From Takakia lepidozioides (lineage: Eukaryota; Plantae; Bryophyta): 64,000 nt of DNA. A program made the translations under genes and the position numbers. Where the stretch lies: assembly GCA_030704615.1 (NCBI GenBank), contig CM060733.1, positions 4,154,001 to 4,218,000 of the forward strand, given 5' to 3'. The stretch's first letter is position 1. Every line of letters starts with the position of its first letter. This document shows, in pieces, positions 24,874-39,009 of the stretch. The notes below the pieces were generated by a model. The model did no database searches. It had not been told where the DNA came from and worked only from the letters and a program-made list of their open reading frames with translations.

Positions 24874-25778
24874 GGCAGCTAGTTCCTTTTTTACCCAAGG
24901 AGGGTTCGACCAACCATCAATCCAATGGGCCTCCTTTGTATGCTTATGTCTGAAGTCTGGTGATCCTGGATTGTTCTGAAAAAATAATAGTTGGGGGATG
25001 AGCAGCCATAATTTGAACCACAGCCTCATGTAGGTCAAGGCTACAGCAGCAATACACATAACAAGGAGCATTACTTTCTTTACTAACAAGGAAGAACAAC
25101 CTACAGATAGCAACAGTAATAAGCACACGTTAGCTGCTTTGTTCCAAGTATTCATCCAGTCCACAAAACATCATTATGTCAGCTTCACTCAAACTCTTTC
25201 ACAACCTATGAAGATAGCACCTTCTCCAACCTGTTGTCCCACCACTGTGAAGGATCCGAGAAGAAATCCCGCCAAAGCTCATCTCTGCTGATTGTTTGGC
25301 CTGCATGCAAACACACCCTGCACAAAGATCTTAGCAGCTCCTAGTTTGAGTCTATTGAGTACACATTTAATAAAAAAAATTGATAAACCCCCCCCCCCCC
25401 CCCTCTCCCCCTCTCTCTCTCCCTTTGGGCCTCCTGCAGCAGTAGCAATCTGTTGATGTCTTTCTTCTGTCTGTCTCTCTCTAAAGTAATAAAGTTTCTC
25501 TCTTTCCTTCTTTCTTTCTTTCCTTCCTTTCCTTTGTTCCATAAGCTTTGTAAGTCCCATTAAAAAGTTCTTTCTTTCTCATGGCAAGAGCCCTCACAAC
25601 ATCCATTAGGTTCAAAACAGCAGGTTTCAAGCCCTCCTGGTATGCTCTGGTGTGCATTTGTTTTTAGCGCAATGGACTCTCTGTTGCTTCCCTACTGCCA
25701 CAAAAATACAGAAGGGGTGGAAATCATGTCCAAACAGGATCGCAACACCCATCAGAAGAGAACTTATGTCAGGCGAAC

Positions 25779-26674
25779 ATGAAAGCCACCACTCTAAGAA
25801 CAAAACTCGATTTCTATCGGGAGACATTCTTGGTTCTCCGTGGATATAGAATCTTCCAGCCCAATTACCTTTCGGCACCTTTATCTCCCTCCCTCCTGAG
25901 GGCATTGGGGCGGTTCAGAGTGGGCTCCCACAGTCTACGGATAGAGACTGGTAGATGGGAAAACCTGCAACGGGAGGACCAACTATGCCCAACATGTGGA
26001 ACCCAATCTCTCACAGAAGTCTTCCATTATGAGGATCAGAAATGCTTGGCAGCTTATCTGCATGAGGGCTTGACCCTTAGGCAATCCCTTGAACAGTAGT
26101 TGCTATAAAGTACCATTTCATCTCATTTCTTACCTAACTTATGGAACTGCATGCCAGGCGCACATGGAAACCAGCCACTCTTACAACAAAACTGCAATTC
26201 TATCAGTAGACATTCTCAGGGCTCCCGTGACGATAGGATCCTCCGGCCTAATTACCTGTCTGCAGCCGTATCTCCCTCTCTTATAAGGGCATTGGGGAGG
26301 TTCAGGGTGGGCTCGACAGTCTGCAGATAGTGACTGTTAGGTGGGAAAATCTGCAATGTGAGGACCAACCATGTGCCGCTTGCGGTGGGAACCACAGGGA
26401 AATTGTATGTGAAGAACATTTCTTCTTTCACTGCCCTTTATACTATGAGATCTGTGGGAGATTCAACTGACTATTCCAGGATAATCATCTCTAGTGGAGG
26501 TCTTCCAGTATGAGGATCAGAAATGCTTGGCAGGTTACCTGCATGAAGCTAGACATTCTCTTTAGTTGCTTTTGGGCTGTTTGTGGCCCCCCTCTCTTCT
26601 TTTTTTCTTTCTTCCTCTTGTCCCAGAAGCTTTTGAGCTTCTCGCTCACGCTATAAAGTACCATTTCATTTCAT
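25779..26674 (+). mobile_element. Two tandem 5'-truncated non-LTR retrotransposon 3' ends (RTE-X-like)
   Basis: 'LGRFRVGSHSLRIETGRW..REDQLCPTC' and a decayed second copy with 'C..C...EEHFFFHCP' (LINE C-terminal CCHC). Both end in 'gctataaagtaccatttcat'. Confidence 0.7.
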
Positions 26675-29600
26675 GTCCATTCTTTTACTCTTTCTTCTCC
26701 CAAGCCTGATGGGACTGGTGATCAATGTGTCAGAAAAGGGGACAGCACCGTAGTCTGTTCTAGCATTACGTCAATAGCGGCCCTTACTCCACTCCTCAAT
26801 TCCCTGTAGCCGGAATGTGGTTGGCTGTAAGGACCATTAACAGGTGTCTTTGGACGAGTTTCATACCTGGCTGGTAGAAACCCCACAACTGCCTGCGGGA
26901 CTATAGTAGGTCATAGCCAATGTTCTCAGGGGAGGGTCAATAAGTACACTTCTATGTGTACCTACCATCCCTCTGCCAATTGTTGCCCTCCACTGCTCGG
27001 TAAGGAACCCCGTAATCTGTCTCACATCTGGGTCTCCACTCCTCCACATAGGCCAGTGAACTCAAAATGCTTGCACCTCTTGAAACTTGAGGCCAATTTC
27101 CCTACTCACTCATGGACAAAGGACGAGAGTGCAGATCACAGCCAGACACGACCAACAGGTGAACTAATTTCTCCTGTTACAGAGACAACATGGAAATGGT
27201 CTCGCGAAAAGTTTTCGAAACCTTAAAAAAATCGAGCAGAGGCTTCCGTATCTATACCTGTCTTATGTGTTCCTGGAGAAAGAGGGGCCGTCATAGCCAT
27301 CAGTTGCAAGGGTGCGGAGCCCGGCATTTCCAAGCTGGATGTCCCTTTCAGCTCCATAGTTTGCGCACATAATCCGCTGCAGCATGTCAAGCTTCCTGCC
27401 CGTCCACCGCAAGAGGAAGGAGCCATCGCCCTCTGCGCTTACCAATTTAGTACCTGTGGATGCTGAGTGTTTTAGTTGCTTCCAAGATTTCCTCAAGGGT
27501 GAGGATTCAGATGAAGAGCTCCTTTCCTGTACCAAATTGAAGAAGAAAGACGAGCATATCCAACGCAATAGTGCTGCATGCTCTATCACAAGCATTGAGA
27601 ATATTTGAGGAGGAAGAATTGCTTGAGAAGAACACAGAATCGTTCCCATGTAGGAGTCTTAGACTGAATTGTGTATCTTCATGCAGAAAGGACTCGGATT
27701 CAGTCGCTTGTTTCTCTCTCAAGATGTGAACAATAGGTGACGGTCCCTATGTATATTTCTCCCATAGTGCTCTGGTCTCTTGGAACCAACTTTGCCTTAA
27801 AAAGAAACTTGGATCATAGATCCAAAAATTCAATTTTAAATTCAATTTGTTTCTCTCTTCATTGATTACAAATTTATTAAGAAAAACATATAATAGCATT
27901 GCAGAGCAATTTTTTCAAAAACCAACTATTTTTCTTCAACGTAAACCTATAACATTAGAACCAGTGCATTTGGAAAATTTGCTGCACCATTTTGGCAAGC
28001 AAACGGTGATGTATAATTCATTTTAGATGATTAGGCAGCCGTTAGATATTACACATCATTATTAGTAAAAATAGACAAATCAATTATGCACGAACTTCAA
28101 GCCATACTTTAAAAATGTAAAACTGAACAAATGAAACAACACATAAAATTTAAAAAAATGAGAAATGCATTTTCAAACGCACAACAAATGTTTGCGCAAT
28201 TGACAACCGACCCACTTTAATATTTTGTCACTTCCATTGCATCATGTCTCAAGATCTTTTTTTTTTTAAATTTAAGATCATTTCAATTCATAAAACAAGA
28301 CCAAAGACTGACCAACAAGACCGAAGACTATTCTAATGTCTTGTGTGTTACTAGATGTTTCTATTGCAACGTCACAACTATACATGATTCACATAGCTGA
28401 CTTCTGCCCACAGTTGTCTTCTGCTTTGACAAATATCAGGTCCTATGAGCACATCTATGGAGAAGTTGATTAAGTTGTGTACGAGGATCTTCTAACAAAG
28501 GGTGCTCAAAGGTGACAAAGTATCCGAACAGTTCACTTCTAATGTGTATAGTTGAACAACAAATTTCTGAGTAGTATTATCATAAGTTAAGCTGTAAGAT
28601 ATTTCCAGTGCAAATGATTTCTCTTTATACCGATTTCTTGAAACATACATACTTACCAACAGACCTCCAACAGATGGAGGCCTGAGACTTCTAATCGGCT
28701 GACTCCACTTTACCATGCCACGCACATAGCTTGTCAAGCAGTTTTAGACTATTTTTTCAAACTTAGCTGTTTTTTCAACATGATAGTGATCATTAAACTA
28801 AGCATTTAGCGGGAATTACATCAATCAACAGTGAAGCCTAGAAGCAAATAAAATGATACTTTATAATGTCTGTGGATATGGTATTATAAAGTTCGCAGAC
28901 ATTATATTACACAAATACATTGTAAATAAAAGCAATATTGGATGAGCATCTATGTAAGTAGCAAAGTAACAATTCCATACAAACATAAAGAGAAATGCAA
29001 GCAAATATTAGCCGAATGTTATCCCAACAAGAAGTGTGAACATCAACTTGTTGATTGACCTACAAATTCACATACAGCTTTCGTAGTATGCCATGGAATT
29101 ATAGGCCGCCCCTATTGCCAGCCACCGTTCTCCTGCTCTGATGCTCATGAACACATTGCCAACATGTACTCCCTCCACAATAACACAACACAATGCTCAT
29201 GCATCCATTAGTGCCAAATATAAGGACCCAGGCCCTACAGTACTAGAGAGTGACTACCAATTGACGTTGAGAGCAATAGGAAGGTGTGATAAAGCACAAG
29301 TCAACACCCACAAAACATTAAATGTTTTCTGTAATATACAACCGAATCTGTCAGAAGATTAAAAAAAAAAAACTTATTCCTCAATAAGAGCAACGGATTG
29401 CCAGCAATGACATAGTTGTGCACAACTTTCATAATGGTTACAAATCGCTTTGATGCTTGCATTTGCAAAATCCACTCATATGTAGAAAGACGTAAGTACG
29501 CGTTCATACCCAGTAAGATTGATATCTTGCCTACCGAGCAACGGATCTAAGGATTGTCGTGAGAAACATAAAACTGCACCATAGAACTGCCTAGAGCCCT

Positions 29601-30930
29601 TAAGAGAAATGATTAACATTCATTAGCGAAAGTGGAGCTTGGACTGCTTGACGGCCTCCTTGACATGCTTCTAGTTAACGTCTCTGTCGAACTCAGGCGA
29701 TGCGGTGGAGTGTTGCATCGATGTTGCTCCAGCAGGCTGGGGGTTGCTTTTTCCATTCGCAATGGTCGGGGGAGTGGTTGCTACAGATGATGCCTTGATG
29801 CGCCCAGGTAGTGGAGAAGACAGAGTGCGGGTTGCCCTGCGATCCGAGGATTTTTAAGAATTTTAGCACGTATCGCCTTTCTTGCTTCCAGTGGCAAGTC
29901 ATAGTAGACAGTTGCGAGTAGAGCTGATATGGAGCAAGTGGTCCCGGAGAACGTTTTTTTACACCTTGCTTTTCATAGATGCCAAAGGGTTGCACTTCTC
30001 ATGCACTTCAGAGGGTCCTCATTCTCATGCGCGGAACCAAGAAATCATAAGCAAAAAGAAAGATGACTATATAAAATTCCTAGGCATGAATTACGCACGG
30101 ACAACCTCCTTCAAATGCGCGTCGCGCATGGTGCGCATCTCGTGTGTCGTTGTCTTCACATCGCACATAGTCTCATTGAGATCACGAAATTCGTTCGCCA
30201 TAGATGCAATTGTGGATTGTGTGGTTGTGGAGTATATCTCCACACTCTTCCTGTAGGAATCCAAGCTCTTATCCATCATCATAAATACCTAGCAATCCTT
30301 CCAAGAGATCCCAAAGCTCATATCCATCGCCACAAATCTGTCGTCGATAGCCTTAAAACGACTATCCATATATGTAGAAAAACTGATTACAATATTAAGT
30401 TCATGATAAATATACATTCAAATTTTCAACAAAGAAGTTATGATTGACATTATTTATAAAACATTGTCAATGATTTTGCAGAAGAAGACAATGATAATGT
30501 ATGGATGTATATGTTTCAAAATACAAATGACAACACCCATGTTGAAATTTTCTTTACTGATATGTTCGGAGTTGAAAAATATATATATCGTTAGAACGCC
30601 AAATTAATCCTCGGATTTTTTCTCCCATCACCAATTTGCAAACAAATACAATGTCATAAAAAGAATTATAATCGTCAATTATTTCTTCAATGATTCGTAC
30701 ATTAATGACGAACAACGTGCAATATTTGATGACGGGGTGAAAAACCTTTACAATGTGTGTTTTTAATGAGAGGAGTTGATATATGAAAAACTTTCACTTT
30801 AATGGTGATAATACAAAGTTCCCTTGTTTGTTGGTGTATCATGCAAGACAAAAACAACGATCCTTTAAAACCAAAAAAAACTTTAAATTGGCATGTACTC
30901 AGAAAAGCCGTGTTTGACAACAATACATTC

Positions 30931-32122
30931 TCAATCCGCTTTGGCATTAAAGCTAGCACGGCGAAGGAAGGCTCGAAACAATGGTTTGTCTGCTACAAAA
31001 GGTGGAGTCTACTTGGCTTGGGGATTAAACAATGGTGGCCCCGGGCAAGGCGAGGCTCATTCATTCCTAAATGTGGTGCATAGGCGGGTAGACATACAGG
31101 TTTGGGGAAACAAGGGTGCATGGATCAGTGAAGCGCTTCAATACTTTTCAGCCGACTGTACTCAGCCTCGAAACTACACCGGACACCCAGTTTCGATACC
31201 ACCCAACTCAACTGTGACGAGGGTGTTGGACCAACTCACTGACAGTTTAACCAGTCGTTCGCTGCCGGAACCTTTCAACCTTAAAATCGTGCGTGGATTG
31301 CTCATAACTGCAATCGCATATCGCCGACATCAAATTTGATGACCTTCTTGTCTTCTAGAGCATAGGCTATCGCATGCTGTAGTGAGGTGTAGTAGAGAGG
31401 ATTTTTTATTGTGCAGCAGCGTCAACAAAATGTTGCTCAGTTTTGTGAAAACTTCGACATCCAAGGATCAAAGTGTTTGTGCAACTATCAGTGTGAATTG
31501 CATGGTGGAACGGGTTAGATTTTCGGGCTCACTGAACCCGAGGACAAAGGAGAGCTATCCTATGTATCTGGGAATCCCTCCATCTGTCTAACTGCACTTG
31601 CACCTTCCGCCTCTTGTGAATTTGAAGCACTAACTTGCTAATCTGAAGATAGTTGTGCAATATGCATGCCGATCATATTGTTTTGTGAATTATTGCTCCG
31701 CCTAAGCAGTTGTTGAAGGACGTGTAATCTGTGAGCATCTCCTTGAAGCTGAGAATGTTGCAGACCTTCCCGCGGGCAATCGTGATGGGGCAATCACCAT
31801 CCAATCTGGATATAGCAGGATATCCCCTCGATATCCCAAAAGAGTAATCCGCACCTCTGTAATACAAAACAAAACACATTCAAATTAGAATCAACGCAAT
31901 GCACTGCACATTCACTCAAGGCTCAAGGTATAACCAAAGTGGTTGCTTACATCCTCAGCAATAGGTAGCCCTGTTGTCGTTTGCGTATATATTCTGCAGT
32001 AAACCTTAGAAGTGCCCTCAAATGTGTAAAGCATCTGGATATTTCTTTGGCACGCCTCAAATGAGATCCCATGATGCTTAAAAACATATGTCCAACTTGC
32101 CCCAGTGAGAAATAAATAAATA
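30931..32122 (+). mobile_element. Unclassified 1.2-kb insertion with 9-bp target duplication and (AAAT)n tail
   Basis: AATACATTC flanks both sides (30922-30930, 32123-32131). Removing the insert restores the PIF1 peptide TIHSCLAIPLN. Confidence 0.6.
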
Positions 32123-32210
32123 AATACATTCATGTTTAGCGATACCTTTAAATGGATTCACATATTAATTAAGTGACGATCGTCAAGATAGTTAAATGAA
32201 ACAATATGAC

Positions 32211-32504
32211 CAGCGTTTTTTTTTTTGACGAATTTTCGCCATATGGCAACCTCAAAAAATAGAAAAGAATATTCCGTAGCAAATTCCATGTTTTTTCATG
32301 GATGAAATCGCCAAATTTCTCCAAAAATAATAATAATAATCATAATGGATGAATTCGCCAAATATGGATGATATGAATGGATGAAAGCACAGATGTGGAT
32401 GATTCTGTCGTAATTTGAATGGATGAACAGAATATATGCCCAATTTTTACAAAACTCTGTAGCCACTTGTGCTATTTTCCGAAATTTTTAAAAAAAAAAC
32501 TCTG
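32211..32504. mobile_element. hAT-type MITE
   Basis: Ends CAGCGTTTTTTTTT and AAAAAAAAACTCTG are inverted repeats. Perfect 8-bp TSD AATATGAC at 32203-32210 and 32505-32512. Confidence 0.85.
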
Positions 32505-35345
32505 AATATGACCAAGTATAATTATTAGTTTTAAATGAAATTTCATTGAAAACCGAATACTTACTTATATCGACAAAAGATTAAAATCTATCAAACCTAA
32601 TCATAATTATAGTGTTTTTTGGTAATTTAGATGTTATAATTACTATATATTTTTATCAAGCACCCGCAATTTCAGATTCATGGGCTTTTAAAATAAAAGT
32701 GGATGGACTAGATATGGTAGGAACAAATTTTTGGTTAGATAAAATCAAATGTTATGAATTACATCAAGTCATGCGACAAAGTGATCAAAGAATTCATTCA
32801 AAATACTTGACAAATTCAGAATTGTTGAACAAACGCAAAAGTGTATCGACATAATAAATGGACTAATTATAGAAAACCTTCGTTTGATCCAACATTTCCA
32901 CATTTATAAATAAATAAAATGAACTAGTTAGAGTTCATAACCAATATGCATTTGAACAAACGAAAGGCCAACTATACATTTTCAAAGCAACTAATATAAG
33001 ACATGAAACTTGCCCAAATCAAATAAAACTACCAAATGATCAGAACAAAAGAGCTCAGTAAAACTTCGAATACATGTGATATGTTAATTAAATTATGTGC
33101 CGGTAATTGTATGATGGACTAGTGCATGGAGCAAAAGGGTATATTCGTATATTCAAACAATCTGAGTGAATTTGGATACAATTTCATGATGCAAAAATTG
33201 GTCAAGAAACTAGATTTGTCCATTCCAATTTATACGATTTGTTCCATGATGTAACACAATCCCAAATGTGTAAAAAATCACGGCTTAGCATATACAGCTT
33301 TGTTTAAAATTCGTAAAAGAAACATGTTTATTTTTATTGAATCCACTTGAACCAAAAAAAATCGCATACACTAATCAGTTGCAAATGAAAACCTCCGAAC
33401 AAATGCAAAATCAATATATGAAGGAAGCCAGTTTATTTGTTTTGTTTTGTAGCGTTGAGATGTCCCAAACCACGATGCCCCAACGCTGGTGCTTGCTACC
33501 ATTGGAAAGCCCTCGAGGAGGACGGGTGCACCGGCTTGGTCTCACAATTTTTAGACATGGGGTGTGGGAGATACGGAATTCCAAGTACTTTTGATCGTTG
33601 GAAGTTTTTTTTTTAAATAGCAAAAATGGCAAAGTGGGCATTCCTGGGACAATTCAAGTGTCAATCCAGGGGCCAATACATGTTTGGGCACCTGGCGTTG
33701 TTATCTTCACGGCAAATCGCGGTGAGCTCATCTTTCTCGAGTTGAGCCTCACCGCGTCTAGCTATGGCGCCGTAGTGTGGATTACCCATGGCATGGGGTG
33801 CACTTGGCTCGACTTAATATATGAGTGATGTTTTCATATGCAAGTATGTGAGTTTGAAAGAGCTTGTGTGCTTGTATCATTCTTTTTCCTTATCACTCAA
33901 GAAAGATCAGCTCGAGTCTGTGAGTACCAGGTTCAAGTTGTTTTGTAGCACTTGTGTTTTGATGAGAAGCGGTTCAGCCTCGAGTGCAAGGATCCGTGCG
34001 TGAGCCTATCCAAAGCGGATAGAGTGCAAAGGCGAACAAGTTGTAGGTTTGCAATGGATAGAGAGGCGGGTAGCCTATGTTGAAGAGCGGCGTTGCATAG
34101 CTCAACGCTATGACAACCAAGTTTGGGCTTCTAGTGTGAAGCGGAGGAGATGCTGGCCACGAGTGGGCGAACTGGTGGTCGTCTTCTTCGGTTGCAGGCC
34201 GAGTTAAGGAGCTGCAGGAATGTGGGCTGCGCATGGGAAGCTAGCATGTTGCAGGTTGGAGATGATATGATCAGCTCTAGGTATTTCTGCCCGAAACTAG
34301 TTGTTGCGGGTAGATGAGGAGCAGCCGAATGGTGGAGCTGCGAGGGGATGCATCGTAGTCCGTTGGGAGCTTCAGCTCCAAGCTCATGAAGTGGTATGAG
34401 TGAAGAGAGGGGGCTGGTCCCTCTTGTATGCAAATCAATGCACTTGTGAAGCATGTGCTGAGTTGGAGTTTCAATCTGAAACTCAGCAGTGTAAGGGCTC
34501 TTGGAGTGGTAAGAGCGGGGCTGGAAGGGCAGCAACAAGGCGCCCTAGAGCCAAGGGAGATGCATGAGAAGTGCAGGTGCACCAAGTTTGTAAAGGTGTG
34601 TATTTTCATATTTGTTTTTGTAAGCTTCATGGAGAAAAATGAGCTTGTTGGGCAGCATATAGTTTGCTTATTGAGTTGGGGGCGCCGGGGCTGATGGCTC
34701 CGCAGAAGCCATAGCTCGTCGGCAGCAGGTGCAGGAGCAAACCCCAGCTCAGGAAGAGCTCGGGAACGCGTGGGAACGTCGAGAACGCCTCGGGAACGCA
34801 TGGGAACTCGTTGGGAGTTCCAGGGAACGCAGGGAATAGTGGCCGTGATGGGCTGTTGGGGCGGTATCACGAGATACCACGAGCCCAGGTCATGATGGTT
34901 GACCGTGACCGTTGGAAGTCGTGGTGCGGACACAACAGGTGGGCACGGTGACCAGATCGTGGGAATGGAAGGCCGTGAAGGCTCGTGGGAGTGGTACCAC
35001 GGGGTATCACGAGGCAGCCCGTGGCCAACGAGTGCCTAGGGTGGGCCGTGAGGAGTAGTGGCGGTTGGAGCCACGGAAGGCCGCGAACAGGTAGAGTGAC
35101 CAAATAAAATAAATAAATAAATAAATTTAAAAAAAAAAATCACTCGTTTCGTGGGACCTTGATGGGGAGGCTGGGCTCTGAAGGACAACGGTTTTGAGCT
35201 AGCTGATCCGGCAGAAAAATCGGAATTGCCACCCTGTTGCGTTTTAACAAAGGGGATTACTTCCATGCAGATAATCTTTTCGGGTTTTCAGCCCAATTCT
35301 CAACTATGGGGAAGACCAGACTGCAGATAATTCCTTTGGACAGAA

Positions 35346-36054
35346 TGTTGTTGGGGCCTATATGTACCTCTATTTGCTCCATTTTTTAACCTTCAGTGAA
35401 CGGCTGGTTTCCTGAGGTGGTTCCATTCTGAGGAATGACTGGTGGACATAAGGAGGCACTGGTAGACCCTGTGGAGGCTTGCATGGGGCCTTGGAGGCCA
35501 AGTTTCATGAGCTCGTGGAGGACAGTTTGAGGAGTGTCTACATGATGCTCTCATGGTCATGCAAGTGAGAGAAAAAAGGAAAAAGAGGGTGTTGGGACGA
35601 GAGCGTGTTGGGGATAGGCATTGCTTTAGCTTCCATTCCTCGTAGCTTTCCACCTCCTCTGTAGGCCGAGACCTTTCCGTAGGTGGAGGCAAGAGTCAGT
35701 CCGGGTTTGGGCTGGGTTGCAGGAGCGACACTGTGGAGAGATTTTTGGTGTGGAGGAGTTGTTGTTTTCATTCTTGTGTTTGGATCCCCTCCACACCTGC
35801 ATGCTTGATTGTGCGCCATACTAGTTTTGTGTGGGCGCTTGATTTTATAGGTGGTGGACTTGGGCTTGATCGCCGATCCCACCCTAGAGCATGTTGTCGA
35901 TGGTGAAGTTGGGTTGATGACCAGTCAGACCATCTTTGTTTCTGTGGTGAGGTTGGAGGTGATGACCAGCCAACCATAGGAGTTCCTGCGGTGGATGCAG
36001 GTGCTGGTACAGGTTATGTTAGGAACCTAGTATTCCAAACCATAAGCCGCATCA
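35346..36054 (+). mobile_element. Candidate 5' LTR of the downstream gag element
   Basis: Begins TGTTG, ends CATCA and sits just upstream of gag. No second LTR or clear primer-binding site in the window. Confidence 0.3.
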
Positions 36055-36136
36055 GGTTCTCTACCCGGATACCTTGTGGAGAGGGGGGTTAGAGACCTGT
36101 TCATGACCGGTTGAGTGTCAGTTTGTCAACACATAG

Positions 36137-37960
36137 ATGCCACTAGTTGCTGGGGAAAGTGCCGGTACGAGCACTAGCAATACTAGCGGGTATACGAGAC
36201 GAGGTGTGCGGTTTAGGCCACCTTCACCTCCGATGTCTTCTACGGAAGGTTCTGATTCGGATTGTGAATCAGGAGGACTTACACCGGCGGTGCAAGTTGT
36301 TTCCTTGTCATTGTTATGGGACACAATGGAGGAGATATATGGAGCCACCAAGGTGCTCTGGGGCGGTGGGCACCATTGAGTTGGATGATTTTATCCAAGA
36401 GTTTGATAGTTGGTGTGACTTGCAGCAAATGCGCAATCCACAAAGGAGCTGTTTCAGCACCTTGAGGGGCCGCCCATGGATGATTATCATGAGTTTAGGC
36501 GGGGGCACGATGTTGAGATCGAGGAGTGGAGGATGTACTGGTCACCCGACTATGTCTCCATCACTAGAGGCACTAGAAGGACAAGGGCAGCAGCCATACC
36601 AGCAGCTACAACAACAACTTCCACGAGCAATAGTGGGACTAGTGGTACAGCAACTACGACGTCCACCCAAGCTACTGTTGCACCAGCACCAGTGGCGGTG
36701 CCTGCCTTCAACCTTGTTGTGGAGTTCTTCGAAGAGTTGAGAAGGAACTACCAAGGGGTGAGGACCGAGAAGTTGAGGAGCTTGCAAGAGTTCCAACGGA
36801 AGCCTTCTGAGAGCTTGAGGGAGGCTTTCACTCGCATGAGGCGCTTGATTAATGTAACCCAAGGGGTTATGGAGGCTCAGGCAGTCCAATTCTGGTATGG
36901 GATATTGGACAAGGAGCTGAGGAGAAGGGTGCGGGATGCAACTCTTCTATAAGCGGCCCAATCCACCTTAGCAAATGTGTTTTTGCTGGCAGAGCGGATA
37001 GAGCTCAACATGGTGGAGGAACGAGTGGTCATGGTGGGATTTGCTAAGGAGGCACCACGGGGTAGTGGTGCTCCTAGCCAGCCACTACCTCAACGTGCTC
37101 AAGGAAACAAGGGAGCTCAGGTGAAGCCCAGGGAAGGACAGAGAGGACCTCAGTTGCAGGGGTCTCTCCCTTCATTTGCAAACCAACAACGAGCGGATGT
37201 GGTGTGCTGGACATGTGGAGGACCCCATGCCAAGAAGGATTGCCAGAGGGAGGCAATGGTTTGGCACCGGCACAGCCTGCACAGGTGCAATGTAGGCATT
37301 GTGGCAAGTATGGGCATGGAGAGGCCCAGTGCTATGGTTTGCATCCTGAGTTGCGCCCTGGCCAGTTCCAAGGGAACAATGATGGCCGGGGGCGAGGTGG
37401 AGTAGCCCAGAGAGGATGAGCTGGTCAGGCACGAGGTGCAGGCCAAGGACGCGGAGGTCAAGGTGGTGACCAAGGCATGGCCGGCTTCAATAGCTAGAGC
37501 AGAGGCTCGCTGCCATGGCCACAGCTTAGGTGGTACCGGCTTCAAGGCCGGATGGTCCACCTCCAGCTCCTGAGAGAGGAGACTTAGGAGGCATGGGATT
37601 CATGTGCGGGGCAGCACTACCACTAGTGAGGGGTGCCACTACCACTACCATTATGGGTGAGGCACCACTACCACTAGTGCAAGTGGAGTCAGCTGCGGCA
37701 GTGACTCGAGGAGCGGCACGAGTTCCTGAGCCACGGGGTGCGGAGGAGGAGTTGGATCCACAGCGTGGGGAGGCAAGCCGTCAGGCCAGGCTTCCTCAGT
37801 CATTCACATTGGTGGAGACAGTGTCGACGCCATCCATGGCACCTAGTTCTCGCCCGACTGTTACCGAGGCGGAGGTTACTATGCCATTGGGGAGAGCTAC
37901 ACAGGCAGCACCACTACCTAGTGTTGCCAAGGCTACGGCAGCTAGTGTGCTATCCCCCTG
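36137..37960 (+). pseudogene. LTR-retrotransposon gag (probably Ty3/Gypsy), frameshifted, cut off by Mutator-like element A
   Basis: 'DDFIQEFDSWCD', 'LQEFQRKPSESLREAFTRMRRLI', and zinc knuckles 'CWTCGGPHAKKDC' and 'CRHCGKYGHGEAQC'. No pol in the window. Confidence 0.75.
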
Positions 37961-38140
37961 GGAGAGAGCAGCTAGCGCGTGAGCGTGCTCACGCTTAGCG
38001 CACTAAGCGTGAGCAGATTCCATTAATTGTGAGCAAATTCCCTTAAGCGTGAACACATTTTAAGCATGAGCAGAAAATGGAAGTGGAGCGTATAACCGTG
38101 GAAGAAGCAGGACCTATTGTCGTGGACGCAAACTTGTGCA
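37961..38140 (+). repeat. Left terminus of Mutator-like element A (GCGTGAGC/GCTCACGC palindromic motifs plus subterminal box)
   Basis: 'gcgtgagcgtgctcacgcttagcgcactaagcgtgagc', plus 'aagtggagcgtataaccgtgga', which matches the reverse complement of ~54531-54553. Gag coding character stops here. Confidence 0.6.
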
Positions 38141-39009
38141 AATTGGAGGGTAACATACCATGCCGGGACCGAAGACGCCAACCTCCATGCAAGAAAATCT
38201 GAGATGAATGTGCACGAAAAAATTCTCGATGAAGGTAAGCAAGGATGAATGACAAAGATGAATGGATGAATGTAGGATGAATGTGGGATGAAAAATGATT
38301 GGATGAATGTACCATGAATGACTGAAATAAGACTGCTTGTAAAAGAACATTCATGACATTCATCGGATTCATCTCATTCATCTCATTTATAACATTGGGG
38401 GTTGCTATTCCATATGCACAGGTTGCGTGCATGCATGCACAAAATCCCTTATTATATATGCATGTGACAAATTTGTATGCACACATTGTAGATTGTATGC
38501 AGTGGAGTTATATAACATAGAATACGACATATTTATTGCATATGCAAATGTTACATCATATGTATATAGAAAAAAATAAAATAAAAATCTTAGCTAACAA
38601 AATCAGTAGTCAATGGTCAAAGATGCATGTGACCACTAACTCCAACTAATGCACCACCTTAAACTGAAGAGAATACAAGATCCCTGGCCAAAGTAATAGT
38701 TTGCAAACTTGTATTCAAGGAAAACAGTTTCATATTAACCAAAATATGGACTTTTGTACTAACAAATGCATATGTGTCATGTTTGGAACCACCACATTGC
38801 ATGTCTGTTTGTAATGCCAAGCAGTTCTATAATTTGAAAACTTGTATGACAGGTACACAAGTTCCATTTTAACCAAAATAGGAACTTCTGTACTAACAAA
38901 TGTTATGTGTCATGTTTGGAATAAAGTAATAACAAGATAATTACATGTCACATGCATGAAAATGAACGGCACAAGTTAGAGGTTCTTTTTTTGTGCATTT
39001 CATGTGTCA

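Larger units (their letters stand above)
30690..33270 (+). pseudogene. Decayed PIF1-family helicase (Helitron-type relic) interrupted by two insertions
   Basis: Motifs in PIF1 order: 'NDEQRAIFD', decayed Walker A 'FLMRGVDI*KTFTL', 'TIHS|CLAIPLN', Walker B 'LLVLNEISL', 'FFGNLDVII...YQAP', 'YELHQVMRQSD', 'LCAGN'. AT-rich with many stops. No Rep domain recognised. Confidence 0.75.

Noticed and set aside
27750-30300. Possible transposase or captured gene fragments on the minus strand
   Set aside because: Too decayed, with no motif series I can support.
31640-31680. 'SACILHNY' resembling a Harbinger transposase C-terminus
   Set aside because: A single short motif after a stop, with no upstream DDE motifs and no 3-bp TSD.
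33540-35110. GC-rich segment with GGGAACGC repeats and GGTATCACGAG (PBS-like)
   Set aside because: Probably a TE remnant, but no termini, adjacent LTR or protein motif is identifiable.
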